NCBI GenBank assembly: GCA_002793915.1
Contig: PFEF01000003.1
Span: 18,854-82,853 of the forward strand
Origin: Candidatus Ryanbacteria bacterium CG10_big_fil_rev_8_21_14_0_10_43_42
GTDB taxonomy: Bacteria; Patescibacteriota; Minisyncoccia; Ryanbacterales; 2-02-FULL-48-12
Reading direction: 5' to 3'
Length of the DNA: 64,000 nt
Within the stretch, counting starts at the first letter, position 1. Every line of letters starts with the position of its first letter. The translations under genes and the position numbers were made by a program. Of this stretch, positions 46,266 to 55,985 are shown piece by piece. The notes under the pieces were generated by a model. It saw nothing but the letters and a program-made list of their open reading frames with translations, did not search any database and was not told the origin of the DNA.

Positions 46266-46382
46266 TCACCCCCGTTTATACAACTTTCCGATAGTGACGT
46301 CATAACCGCAGTATCCGGAGATTCCAAATATTGCCGCAAGAAAAAGTAAGGGAATTACCGCCAGCCATTCGTATCCAGGCAT
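46266..46382 (-). CDS. small hydrophobic membrane peptide (39 aa), not in the ORF track
   Basis: Minus-strand ATG preceded by GAGG (6-nt spacing). Translation MPGYEWLAVIPLLFLAAIFGISGYCGYDVTIGKLYKRG. TGA stop is followed directly by the terminator at 46241-46260. Confidence 0.4.
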   Translation of the reverse strand: MPGYEWLAVIPLLFLAAIFGISGYCGYDVTIGKLYKRG

Positions 46383-46484
46383 GGTAGACCTCTTGGCAAT
46401 TGGAAAACAAAGTTGTTATTTAAAAAAACAATCTCTCTTTTATCAGGTTACATAATACGGTTCAAAACTGCAACGAATACAAAA

Positions 46485-47795
46485 CTATCTTTCTCCCTGT
46501 ATTCCCTCCCTTATATATGCCGACAGTTCATCGATAGACACACGATCTTGTTCTCCCGTGTCACGATCCCGTACAGTAACGGTATCATTTTCAAGCGTAT
46601 CGAAATCCACTGTAATACACCAAGGAGTGCCAATTTCATCCTGCGCATAATAACGCTTCCCGATATTTCCTCGGTCATCCCATGCCACCGCATAATTCTC
46701 GCGAAGTAAATCGTATATATCCCGCGCCCTCCCCACAAGCTCCGCTCTATTCGCCATAAGAGGAAATACCGCCACCGTGTACGGTGCTATGATGGGTGGC
46801 AATTTCAAATACACGCGCTTTTTGCCATCAGCAGATTCGTCTTCCTGATATGCTTCCAGAAGAGCTACTAGCACTGAACGGTCAACTCCCCACGTCGGTT
46901 CAATAACATGCGGAAGAAATTCCTCCTGCGTTTCCGGATCACGATATTGCAGATTCTCGCCGGAATGCTTCTGATGAGTGGATAAATCAAAATCGCCACG
47001 ATACGCAAGTCCGTAAAGTTCTTTTTGTCCAAACGGAAATGCATATTCAAAATCTACTGTACGTTTTGAATAGTGCGCTCGTTCCCCGTCCGGAATTTCT
47101 ACTTCCGTTATATGATTAGGATTAACGCCTAATGCCGCAAGCCACGCACGCATCTCTTTAAGCCAATGCTCAAAATGCTGTTCCCATTCCTCCTCACGGA
47201 CAAAATATTCGATTTCCATTTGCTCAAACTCCCGTGTACGAAAAATAAAATTACCGGGCGTTATTTCATTTCGAAATGCCTTCCCAATCTGTGCAATACC
47301 AAACGGCACCCGCATACGCGTTGTATCCAAAACATTTTTAAAATTTACAAACATTGCCTGCGCCGTTTCGGGACGGAAAAACACCTCATTAGCTTTTTCT
47401 TCCGCCGGACCAAGAAACGTTTTAAGCATAAGATTAAATTGTTTTGCTTCCGTAAGTTCTCCTTTGCAATCCGGACACGTACCCGTATTCTCCAATTGAT
47501 CCGCCCGAAATCGATGATGGCATTTTTTGCATTCAACTAATGGATCAGTAAACTCTTCCAAGTGCCCGGATGCTTCCCATACTTTCGGGTTCATAATAAG
47601 CGCGGCATCCAATCCCACCATGTCGCTTCGCTTGTGTACAAACCTATTCCACCACAGTTGTTTAATATTATTTTTAAGCTCTACACCCAACGGACCGTAA
47701 TCCCATGAATTCGCAAGACCACCGTAAATATCCGATCCGGGAAAAATAAACCCGCGCCGTTTTGCCAAGCTAATAATAGTATCCATCTTATCCAT
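46485..47795 (-). CDS. glyQS: glycyl-tRNA synthetase (alpha2 dimeric class II type)
   Basis: N-terminal IISLAKRRGFIFPGSDIYGGLANSWDYGPLG, class II motifs and anticodon-binding C-domain. 436 aa. Confidence 0.9.
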   Translation of the reverse strand: MDKMDTIISLAKRRGFIFPGSDIYGGLANSWDYGPLGVELKNNIKQLWWNRFVHKRSDMVGLDAALIMNPKVWEASGHLEEFTDPLVECKKCHHRFRADQLENTGTCPDCKGELTEAKQFNLMLKTFLGPAEEKANEVFFRPETAQAMFVNFKNVLDTTRMRVPFGIAQIGKAFRNEITPGNFIFRTREFEQMEIEYFVREEEWEQHFEHWLKEMRAWLAALGVNPNHITEVEIPDGERAHYSKRTVDFEYAFPFGQKELYGLAYRGDFDLSTHQKHSGENLQYRDPETQEEFLPHVIEPTWGVDRSVLVALLEAYQEDESADGKKRVYLKLPPIIAPYTVAVFPLMANRAELVGRARDIYDLLRENYAVAWDDRGNIGKRYYAQDEIGTPWCITVDFDTLENDTVTVRDRDTGEQDRVSIDELSAYIREGIQGER

Positions 47796-47840
47796 ACTTC
47801 AAATAGTTAACCTCTGCATCTAACATATGAGTTCCCTCAA

Positions 47841-49748
47841 TTACTGCACAACTTTATATTCGGTACCGTCGACTAAGGGATCATCCCGAAGAGTTGTACT
47901 TACTTCGCCGCGGTTTTCCGCAATAGGCGTATCCGTAAATATATCATGTCCTTCAAAGCGTGCTTCCGTTATAAGCGCCGGTTGAGATCCGACATGATTT
48001 TGATTAGGAACAAGTCCTACCTGAAAGGAAACTTCGCGTGCCGGCCTTGTGAACCCGGTTCCGGCAACGAGAAATCCGACATCCCACATAATGCGTCCCG
48101 TATTGGAATTATATGTTATTTTTTCATTTGCCGGATTGACAACATTCTTCCATCGCACGTAAGCCGGCAAGCTCGATTCTACAACCCCGTTTTCGACATC
48201 GTTTGATACATTGGTAAGCGACCAGGTGATGGTATATGTCGTTTCCTCTCCTACGCGTGGGGGCATAGGTCCTCCGTTCGGAATAACACCGCTACGATGC
48301 AGTCCTTTACTGACAAAATCCACACGCGTTATAAATGAAGCGGAAAGACTATCGGTACCGGTAATATCAACTCCTTCGTATCCCTCGGGAACAAAGTTGG
48401 AATAAATACGTGCACGGGCAGAAACGGTAAAGTTTTTGTCTCGAATAGATTGAACACTTGGATTTTCAACCGTACCCACCGAAAACGTAAATGACCCTGA
48501 CTCTCCGGGATCCAAAAACTCAAGCCGCGGATCGGTGGATGCATTAACTAAAACACGCTTATTCACGCCATCATATGAACCTCCCTCCACACTTACATTT
48601 CCGTAGTTAAACTGCTCCCCCTCCAGAATAACTTCAATCAAAGCATTTTGGACACTCACCGGCAAGTTATTCCGCCACGGTACACTAAAAACAATAATAC
48701 CACCCGGCGTTATCTTCACGTTATTCTCGCCCCCCACCAACAAATCGACTGAAAGAAGTGCTTCGCGTATGTGCACATTATGTGATGCGCGGGCGTAAGT
48801 GTTCCATGCTTTTGTTTCTTCGTCAAAAATACCTATTTGTGCTTCAAAAAAATGAGAATCAAGCGGATTTCCTGTAAGAATCCCGCGCACCGTTATAGTA
48901 CCCTCCGCATCAGGTTCTAGCGCTCCTATATGCCAAATGGAGTTATCGATACCGGGCGCAGGCACAGCAGAAATCATTGAAAAATTATCGGGATAACGTA
49001 TTTCAAGCGATACATCCTCAAACGCGCTTTCCCCCGTGGAAACATAATCGATCGTAAGCTCAACTTCCTGCCCGTTATTTATCTCTTCTGGTACGGAAAT
49101 CGTGATGCCGATCGGAGACTTATTAACCATAACGAGAGCACTCGTATCTTTTCCGAAACGAGCACTTGTGTTTTCCGGACGATACTCAAGCGTAGCATCC
49201 GCCTTTACGGAAACACCTTCGTCACCAAACACAAATGCTTCAAAACGCTCCTCTCCCTCCCCACCAGGCAAGAGCCGCCCAATGGGTATGCGTTCGCGAA
49301 AGCGACCGCGGCGCGGCGCTTCTCCAAACACCGGACGTGCGCCATCCGGATATTCAAAAATAAGCTCCACGCTTTCAAGTGCCACTTCGTTGCGGTTAGC
49401 ATACCGTACTTCAAACGTAACGTGCTCACCCGCGGCAATTGTCTCGGGCGAGAGTATGGTAAGTTCAATATTGTCTGCTGATATATTCCCTTCATTATTA
49501 AGAAAAATAAACGTCGCCACACCACCAGCAAGCACAAACACAAGAAGAGTCATCATGCTCCAAAAGATTGTGCGCGTGTGACGACGCTTCTTTTGTTCTC
49601 TTCGCTCCTCTATGACGCGCGGATCACTGTCCCCTCCCCACGTACGTACTCCTCCCGAATATGCCGGACTTAAGTCCGGTTCTCCTCTTCGTTCGGGAAA
49701 TGTTTCATTTGGCTTAAATAATCGTTTTTTTAAATCATCAAGTGCCAT
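47841..49748 (-). CDS. large hypothetical membrane-anchored extracytoplasmic protein
   Basis: 635 aa. Basic cytoplasmic N-terminus, a single transmembrane helix (IFWSMMTLLVFVLAGGVATFIFL), then about 560 aa of beta-rich repetitive domain. No catalytic motif. Confidence 0.6.
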   Translation of the reverse strand: MALDDLKKRLFKPNETFPERRGEPDLSPAYSGGVRTWGGDSDPRVIEERREQKKRRHTRTIFWSMMTLLVFVLAGGVATFIFLNNEGNISADNIELTILSPETIAAGEHVTFEVRYANRNEVALESVELIFEYPDGARPVFGEAPRRGRFRERIPIGRLLPGGEGEERFEAFVFGDEGVSVKADATLEYRPENTSARFGKDTSALVMVNKSPIGITISVPEEINNGQEVELTIDYVSTGESAFEDVSLEIRYPDNFSMISAVPAPGIDNSIWHIGALEPDAEGTITVRGILTGNPLDSHFFEAQIGIFDEETKAWNTYARASHNVHIREALLSVDLLVGGENNVKITPGGIIVFSVPWRNNLPVSVQNALIEVILEGEQFNYGNVSVEGGSYDGVNKRVLVNASTDPRLEFLDPGESGSFTFSVGTVENPSVQSIRDKNFTVSARARIYSNFVPEGYEGVDITGTDSLSASFITRVDFVSKGLHRSGVIPNGGPMPPRVGEETTYTITWSLTNVSNDVENGVVESSLPAYVRWKNVVNPANEKITYNSNTGRIMWDVGFLVAGTGFTRPAREVSFQVGLVPNQNHVGSQPALITEARFEGHDIFTDTPIAENRGEVSTTLRDDPLVDGTEYKVVQ

Positions 49749-49823
49749 GCGAAAAATTACGTTATGTTTATGTTACTACTCAATCACTATGTATAGTATA
49801 CCTTCCTTTCTTTCTTCTTTCTA

Positions 49824-50438
49824 CTACGCGTAATCTTCCGGACGCCATACTCCCGCATATGCATATATGTCGCGCAAAAATAAACGCGTAGTTATTTCTT
49901 CCTGCCTGGTAAGAACATCTGAAGAAATGAGCGTGGGAGCATTATATAATCTGTCGACTGCTTCAGTACGGTCATCAGGCATATACCCCAAAAGTGCCAC
50001 CATCTTTACCTGGAACGCATATAACAACAATGATCCCTCGCGTGTTTCGTATTTATCGCTATTTATAACCCGAAACGCTTCTTTTATAAGTTGCCATATA
50101 CGCGCGTCTTGTTCCTCATCCACCATAAGATGCATCGCGATGCGAGCTACTGCCGTTGCCGCACGAAACCGGCTCATGGTATTTCGTATAGACCCGAAAG
50201 GTGTTCGCGTTTCCGCCGAAACTAACCGGTATTGTTCACGGCCCGCAATAAACGACAATGCCACATGCGTAAATAATTCCACATGACCCCGAAGTTTTGA
50301 TTTTTCAAGTCGAATACCTTTAGCATATATGGAGAGCATTCCATATTTTTCCGTATATACACGCATACGGATATCAGCTTCGCCACGTGGATATACGGCA
50401 AGTACAAGAGCGTCCGTTTGATGTATATCATAAGACAT
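49824..50438 (-). CDS. recO: DNA repair protein RecO
   Basis: N-terminal OB-fold region DALVLAVYPRGEADIRMRVYTEKYGMLSIYAKGIRLEKSKLRG typical of RecO. 204 aa. Confidence 0.85.
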   Translation of the reverse strand: MSYDIHQTDALVLAVYPRGEADIRMRVYTEKYGMLSIYAKGIRLEKSKLRGHVELFTHVALSFIAGREQYRLVSAETRTPFGSIRNTMSRFRAATAVARIAMHLMVDEEQDARIWQLIKEAFRVINSDKYETREGSLLLYAFQVKMVALLGYMPDDRTEAVDRLYNAPTLISSDVLTRQEEITTRLFLRDIYAYAGVWRPEDYA

Positions 50439-50458
50439 TTTATGAATGAGAAATTATC

Positions 50459-53400
50459 TTATTCCTTCTCAATACGCACATATACACCTTTCGTCCGCAA
50501 CTCTTGCATACCATCGGCATGCTCTGCAAATGAAACCGTATGCGCTCCCACAGCTTTCGCAATATCATCCACCCCTCTCGTTAAAGCCTCCATTTCTGCA
50601 TCCGCATACAATACGATATGTATTGCGTCATTCGGTTGCATGCCCTCCCTTTTTCGTAAATCTTGTATGTCGCGCATAACCTCACGCCAAAGTCCTTTCA
50701 TGCGAAGATTATCCGTTAACTCCGTATCCAAAACACAATCTTCCGTCATTTCGATATGTTCCGCGAGTGATTCTATATTCGTCCGCTCACGAATAATGGC
50801 TCGGAATGATTCTTCTTCCGGAAGCTCTCTTACTGTTGCCTTTGAGAGTGGCTGTCGCACTGAAATACCCGCCATGCTTCTGCTAGCAAGAATGTGCTCT
50901 ATGGCTGACCGCGTTATTTTCATTTCCTGATTTGTCTTTTCATATTTCTCTCCCGGAACAGCGGAGGGCCACTCTTCCAAGTGCACCGACTCTTTTCCGT
51001 TTTCATCTTTGATATCCTGATATATATATTCAGCCGCGAAGGGCGCGAAGGGCGCCAGTATTTTTGCAAATACAAGGAGTGCATAGTGAAAATACTCCAA
51101 AGCGCACACTCTTTCTTCCGCCCCCTCCCGAAACCTATCCCGTGAATACTGCAAATATATCGTTGAAAACATATCCACAAAATCGGCAAGGAGACGCACG
51201 GCGCGATCAAGGCGGTACTGCTCCATAGCATGCATCACGTTTTTCTCTGTTTGCATGAGATTATACACAAGATACTGATCCAGTACATGAGCATTCATAT
51301 CAAAAAGCGGCTCTTTTACGGTATGGGTCCGATACAGATTATAAAAGGAAACCATATTAACGAGACGTGCGATAACTTTTTTAGCCGTTTCGTCCACCCC
51401 TTTTTCCGAAAAATGAAGATCTTCGGCACTAACTGCCGGTGACATAAGAAAATATAAGCGAAGCGCATCGGCTCCGTACCGGGAAATCACCTCCATCGGA
51501 TCCGGATAGTTCTTGAGGCGCTTGGACATTTTCTGTCCATCCTCCGCTAAAATCGTTCCATTTACCAATACCTGTTTATATGCCGGTTTTTCGAAAAGCG
51601 CGGTTGCCAAAACGTGTAACGAATAAAACCATCCGCGTGTCTGGTCCAGTCCCTCGGCAATATAATGAGCCGGATATCCCTTATTATTCTTCGGATCGAA
51701 TATATCCGTATTTTCAAACGGATAATGTTGCTGTCCGTAAGGCATAGATCCCGATTCAAACCAACAATCAAATACTTCAGGAATACGCTTCATCACACCC
51801 CCGCACGAACACGCAAGCACAATATCATCCACGAACGGTCTATGCATATTAAGCCAACCACGCTCATCGTAGGGGAAATTCCGCACATGAAGCGGACGCA
51901 ATTCTCCCTGCTTAATATAATGCCGTCTCTCGCCAAGCCATTTATCAAGAGCGCGTTCCGGCAAAACATAATCCATAGACGCCTCAAGAACCCACAATGG
52001 ATCTCCGTGACTCACAATAAGAATACGCTTTCCCTCATGTTTTTTATCAATATCCCGTACTGCGTTTACCATACGCTCTTGCACATCATGTAAAGACTCC
52101 CCTCCCTTTGGCGCATTCGCAATACGGTTATGATGATCATTACCGAAATATGCCAGATATTCACGTACTTCCTTCCCCTCAAATTCCGTACCATGCCTTA
52201 GTTCCCTTAGACGTTCGTCATATACAATTTTTGCTCCCGTTATATGCGCTACAATTTCCGCCGTCTCGCGCGTGCGCACGAAGTCGGATGCGTAAATAAC
52301 ATCCACTCCTCCATCTTTCAGTAATTGCCGGGCTATGTTACTAATATCGTTTTTTCCTTTGTCCGTCATATGAATGGGAGCCTCGGGATCATGCGTAATT
52401 TTTACATACTTCACGTCCGAAATACCATTACCTGAGCCATCCAAATCATTACGCTCTCCGTGACGCAAAACAAAAAAAGTATTGGCTTTTGTAATACGCC
52501 TCTCTTCCAGTTCGACAAGCGAACCTACCACGTGTATGTCTTTACACTTCTCGCATCGCCATACCGGCAAGGGCGCTCCCCAATAACGACTCCGCGAAAT
52601 AGACCAGTCTGGCGCCGTTTCAAGACCTCTGCCAAACCTCCCCTCCTTTAAGTGTTCCGGTGACCATACAATATCTTTATTTGCCGCAATAAGATTTTCC
52701 CGAATGGACGGTACATTCACAAACCATGAGTTTGCGGCATAATTAAGAAGCGGTGTATCACATCTCCAGCAAAACGGATACGAGTGAGTAATTTTCTTTT
52801 TTGCAAACAATACTCCTGTATGTGCCAAGTGCTTTATAATTTCTATATCAGTTTTTTGATGATCATCTTTCGGTTTCACCGGTAAACCCGCAAAGTCCCG
52901 TATATCATCCACAAAGCTACCATCTCCCTTTACATGCTGAACGAACGGTAAATGATGTTTCTTGCCCAACTGCATATCTTCATCTCCAAATGCGGGTGCA
53001 ATGTGCACAACACCAGTACCTTCGTTGGTTGTTACAAAATCACCCGCATATATTTTCCAACCGTTTTCCCCATCCGGCAAATCTTTTTGTTTAATGTAAT
53101 AATCAAATACCGGCTTATATGCACGACCTACTAATTGTGCTCCCGGCACTTCGTCGATAATTTCATATTCCCCTTCAATAACATCTTTTATGAGATCCTT
53201 AGCAAGATAAAACACCGGATCATCATTAGCATGATCCGTCCCGTATTCCGATGTTGCCACATCGGCGCGCCTTTGTACCTTTGCGTAGATAATATCAGGA
53301 TGTACCGCAAGCGCCACATTTCCGGGCAATGTCCAGGGCGTCGTTGTCCATGCAAGCACAAAAGCGCCCTTTTCATCCGCGAGTTCAAATTGCACGGTGA

Positions 53401-54013
53401 CAGAAATATCCGTAATGTCTTTATATCCCTGACTTACTTCAAAATTTGCAAGTGTTGTTTCGCATCGCGGACAGAGATGCATCGACTTATATCCCTCATA
53501 AATAAGTTGTTTATCGTAGAGCGTTTTAAAAATCCACCATACCGATTCCGTATACGTTGGATCCATTGTCCGATAATCGTTTTCCATATCCACCCAGCGA
53601 CCAATACGAGGAATAATACGTCGCCAATCATCGGCATACCGAAGAACCGTTTCTTCGGCACGGCGGTTAAACTTAGCAATACCGTATTCTTCAATTTCCT
53701 TCTTATGCGTAAATCCTAATTCCTGTTCAATAATATTCTCGAGCGGAAGACCATGACAGTCCCATCCCCATCTTCGCGGCACATAACGTCCGCGCATGGT
53801 CTGATAACGCGGAATAACATCTTTAAGGACGCTCGCCAAAATATGCCCGTAATGCGGAAGGCCGGTAGCAAACGGCGGACCGTCATAAAATACAAATTCT
53901 TCTTTATTTTTCGTCTGTTCCAAGCTTTTCTCAAAAATCTTATGCTCACGCCAAAAAGCGAGAATTTCCTCTTCTCGCTCCGCTATCGTTTTTTTCGCCT
54001 GTTCGTCTGCCAT
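50459..54013 (-). CDS. ileS: isoleucyl-tRNA synthetase with an inserted histidine-phosphatase (PGAM-like) domain
   Basis: Class I aaRS: PHYGHILAS (HIGH), CP1 editing domain, KMSKRLKN (KMSKS), type-2-like segment RPFVDDIVLACSCGGVMKRIPEVFDCWFESGSMPYG. Between WRCEKCKD and LNMHRPF (about aa 498-722, nt ~51850-52500) sits a ~220-aa insert with VLRHGERNDL...DVIYASDFVRTRETAEIV...RLRELRHGTEFEG...GGESLHDVQERM...ILIVSHGDPL, i.e. the RHG and SHG motifs of the histidine phosphatase superfamily. Confidence 0.9.
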   Translation of the reverse strand: MADEQAKKTIAEREEEILAFWREHKIFEKSLEQTKNKEEFVFYDGPPFATGLPHYGHILASVLKDVIPRYQTMRGRYVPRRWGWDCHGLPLENIIEQELGFTHKKEIEEYGIAKFNRRAEETVLRYADDWRRIIPRIGRWVDMENDYRTMDPTYTESVWWIFKTLYDKQLIYEGYKSMHLCPRCETTLANFEVSQGYKDITDISVTVQFELADEKGAFVLAWTTTPWTLPGNVALAVHPDIIYAKVQRRADVATSEYGTDHANDDPVFYLAKDLIKDVIEGEYEIIDEVPGAQLVGRAYKPVFDYYIKQKDLPDGENGWKIYAGDFVTTNEGTGVVHIAPAFGDEDMQLGKKHHLPFVQHVKGDGSFVDDIRDFAGLPVKPKDDHQKTDIEIIKHLAHTGVLFAKKKITHSYPFCWRCDTPLLNYAANSWFVNVPSIRENLIAANKDIVWSPEHLKEGRFGRGLETAPDWSISRSRYWGAPLPVWRCEKCKDIHVVGSLVELEERRITKANTFFVLRHGERNDLDGSGNGISDVKYVKITHDPEAPIHMTDKGKNDISNIARQLLKDGGVDVIYASDFVRTRETAEIVAHITGAKIVYDERLRELRHGTEFEGKEVREYLAYFGNDHHNRIANAPKGGESLHDVQERMVNAVRDIDKKHEGKRILIVSHGDPLWVLEASMDYVLPERALDKWLGERRHYIKQGELRPLHVRNFPYDERGWLNMHRPFVDDIVLACSCGGVMKRIPEVFDCWFESGSMPYGQQHYPFENTDIFDPKNNKGYPAHYIAEGLDQTRGWFYSLHVLATALFEKPAYKQVLVNGTILAEDGQKMSKRLKNYPDPMEVISRYGADALRLYFLMSPAVSAEDLHFSEKGVDETAKKVIARLVNMVSFYNLYRTHTVKEPLFDMNAHVLDQYLVYNLMQTEKNVMHAMEQYRLDRAVRLLADFVDMFSTIYLQYSRDRFREGAEERVCALEYFHYALLVFAKILAPFAPFAAEYIYQDIKDENGKESVHLEEWPSAVPGEKYEKTNQEMKITRSAIEHILASRSMAGISVRQPLSKATVRELPEEESFRAIIRERTNIESLAEHIEMTEDCVLDTELTDNLRMKGLWREVMRDIQDLRKREGMQPNDAIHIVLYADAEMEALTRGVDDIAKAVGAHTVSFAEHADGMQELRTKGVYVRIEKE

Positions 54014-54125
54014 ATACGCCCTATACTACGGGAAATATCGTATTTATTAAACTTGACAATATAATAATATAATACCACGGTATATTCGGTAAAATATTCA
54101 GTAACCTCCCGAAATACCGTTACCG

Positions 54126-54171
54126 TAAAAAACACCAGGTAAAAAACCGTGTTTTTACCTGGTGTTTTTTA
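54126..54171. terminator. bidirectional rho-independent terminator (13-bp stem ACACCAGGTAAAAA / TTTTTACCTGGTGT flanked by A6 and T7)
   Basis: Lies between the argS stop and the ileS start. Serves argS on the minus strand. Confidence 0.6.
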
Positions 54172-54213
54172 TTTCTCACAATATACAAAGATCCTCAAAT
54201 TGAACAACTTTTA

Positions 54214-55938
54214 TTACATTTCTTCAGGGGCATCTATTCCTAAAAGATATAATCCTTTTTTAAGAGTAGTTGCCGCCGCATCCACCAATGCCAAACGAAA
54301 CTGCCTGATCTCTTCATGTTCTTCCGTCAGAACAGGACATGCATGATAAAAATCATTTGTAGTCTTAGCAAGCACAAATACATATCCGGCAATGATGTGT
54401 GGTGCGTAATCGGCGAGCGCATCCGTAATCGCCTCCGGGAAACGTAAAATCCGCACCACGAGCGCACGTTCTTTTTCTTCCATCTTTACCGTGTTCGGAA
54501 GTGAGATTTTCGAAGATTTTGCTTTGCGTAAGATGCTTTTTAACCGCGCATGCGTGTACTGAATATATGGTCCGGTATCTCCATCGAATGATAGAGCGTT
54601 ATCCCATGTAAATACGATATCGGATTTTCTGTTATGCGAAAGATCAAAATACTTTATTGCTCCTATACCCACCTGATGCGCAATCGTATCGGCCTGCGAA
54701 AGATCCGGATTTTTTTCATCAATAATGGCGCGCGCCCGATCATACGCCTCGTCAAACAGTGCATCCAGCGCAATAACCGTTCCCTTTCGCGTACTCATAG
54801 ATCCTTCCGGAAGGCGCATCTCGCCGTAAGAAACATGCTCTGAAACCCCCGCGTCATTATATCCCAACAAATCCGCCACCCGAAACACCTGCCGAAAATG
54901 ATATTCCTGACGCACATCCACTACATATATATTTTTCCAAAAACGCCATTGTTTCTTCCTATATGCAATAGTGGCAAGATCACGCAATAAATAAGTGGAT
55001 GCGCCATCCGACTTACGAAGTACCGCTTCTCCCAACCGTTCCCCTGTAAGATCAACCAAAACAGCCCCTTCCACATTTTTTGCAACACCTTTCGTAATTG
55101 CTTCATCAACAATCCGCGCCATATCATTTTCATATGCCGACTCTCCCTTATGCTCATCAAAGGGAAGAAGATCTAATCGATGCGCCCCCTCCTCCAGTTT
55201 TTTCATGGAAACGGCTACCATCCATTGCCAAATGTCCCTGTTTTCCTTATCCCCTCTTTCCAGCTTCGCAAATTCCGCTTTCGCGCGTTCCCGCCGTTCG
55301 GGCTCCTCTTCTATTTTTTTATTCTCTTTTTTGTATATATCCTCAAGAAATGCGAACGGATCTTCCGCAATGCGCGGCTTTATATCATCCGTTATATTCT
55401 CTTTATATGCAAGGAGCAATATACCAAATTGCGTTCCCCAATCTCCCACATGCGTATCCGACACCGCATGATATCCCCCTGCGGCAAACATGCGCTTCAA
55501 CGCATCGCCAATAATACCGGTACGCATGTGTCCTATATGTGGGCGCTTTGCGATATTAAGCTGAAAATATTCAACGACAACTGTTTTTCCAGCTCCCGCC
55601 GTACTGGTACCCCATGTTTCTTTTTTCTCCAAAACACCCTCCGCAAGCTCTCGCATTAAGAAAGCATCCGCAAGAAAGAAATTTACAAATCCCGGAGCCG
55701 CCGCCTCTGCACACCACATATCATTTGTCAGTTTGCTCGCAAGCTCATTTGCAATATCCATCGGACTTTTTCTCAAGGAATCCGCAAGAAGAAGTGCTAC
55801 ATTTGTGGCATAATTTCCGTGAGACACATCGTCCGGCTCCGACACAGAAAAAACCGGCATATCTCTTTCCGGCGCATCTACTATCATGGTGTGTACGGCC
55901 TCTTCAAGACATGCCCGAATTTGATCGCGTATCGTCAT
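54214..55938 (-). CDS. argS: arginyl-tRNA synthetase
   Basis: Class I: N-terminal add-1 domain, PHIGHMRTGIIGD (HIGH), catalytic core, C-terminal DALR anticodon-binding domain. 574 aa. Confidence 0.9.
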   Translation of the reverse strand: MTIRDQIRACLEEAVHTMIVDAPERDMPVFSVSEPDDVSHGNYATNVALLLADSLRKSPMDIANELASKLTNDMWCAEAAAPGFVNFFLADAFLMRELAEGVLEKKETWGTSTAGAGKTVVVEYFQLNIAKRPHIGHMRTGIIGDALKRMFAAGGYHAVSDTHVGDWGTQFGILLLAYKENITDDIKPRIAEDPFAFLEDIYKKENKKIEEEPERRERAKAEFAKLERGDKENRDIWQWMVAVSMKKLEEGAHRLDLLPFDEHKGESAYENDMARIVDEAITKGVAKNVEGAVLVDLTGERLGEAVLRKSDGASTYLLRDLATIAYRKKQWRFWKNIYVVDVRQEYHFRQVFRVADLLGYNDAGVSEHVSYGEMRLPEGSMSTRKGTVIALDALFDEAYDRARAIIDEKNPDLSQADTIAHQVGIGAIKYFDLSHNRKSDIVFTWDNALSFDGDTGPYIQYTHARLKSILRKAKSSKISLPNTVKMEEKERALVVRILRFPEAITDALADYAPHIIAGYVFVLAKTTNDFYHACPVLTEEHEEIRQFRLALVDAAATTLKKGLYLLGIDAPEEM

Positions 55939-55985
55939 ACCTCCACTTTAGCGAAGAACGGTAAAAAGTGAAAGCGCGAGAAACA

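Noticed and set aside
53135-53719. 194-aa plus-strand ORF (and several 60-160 aa ORFs at 50418-53949) antisense to ileS
   Set aside because: Embedded in a long, motif-rich aaRS gene. No independent support.
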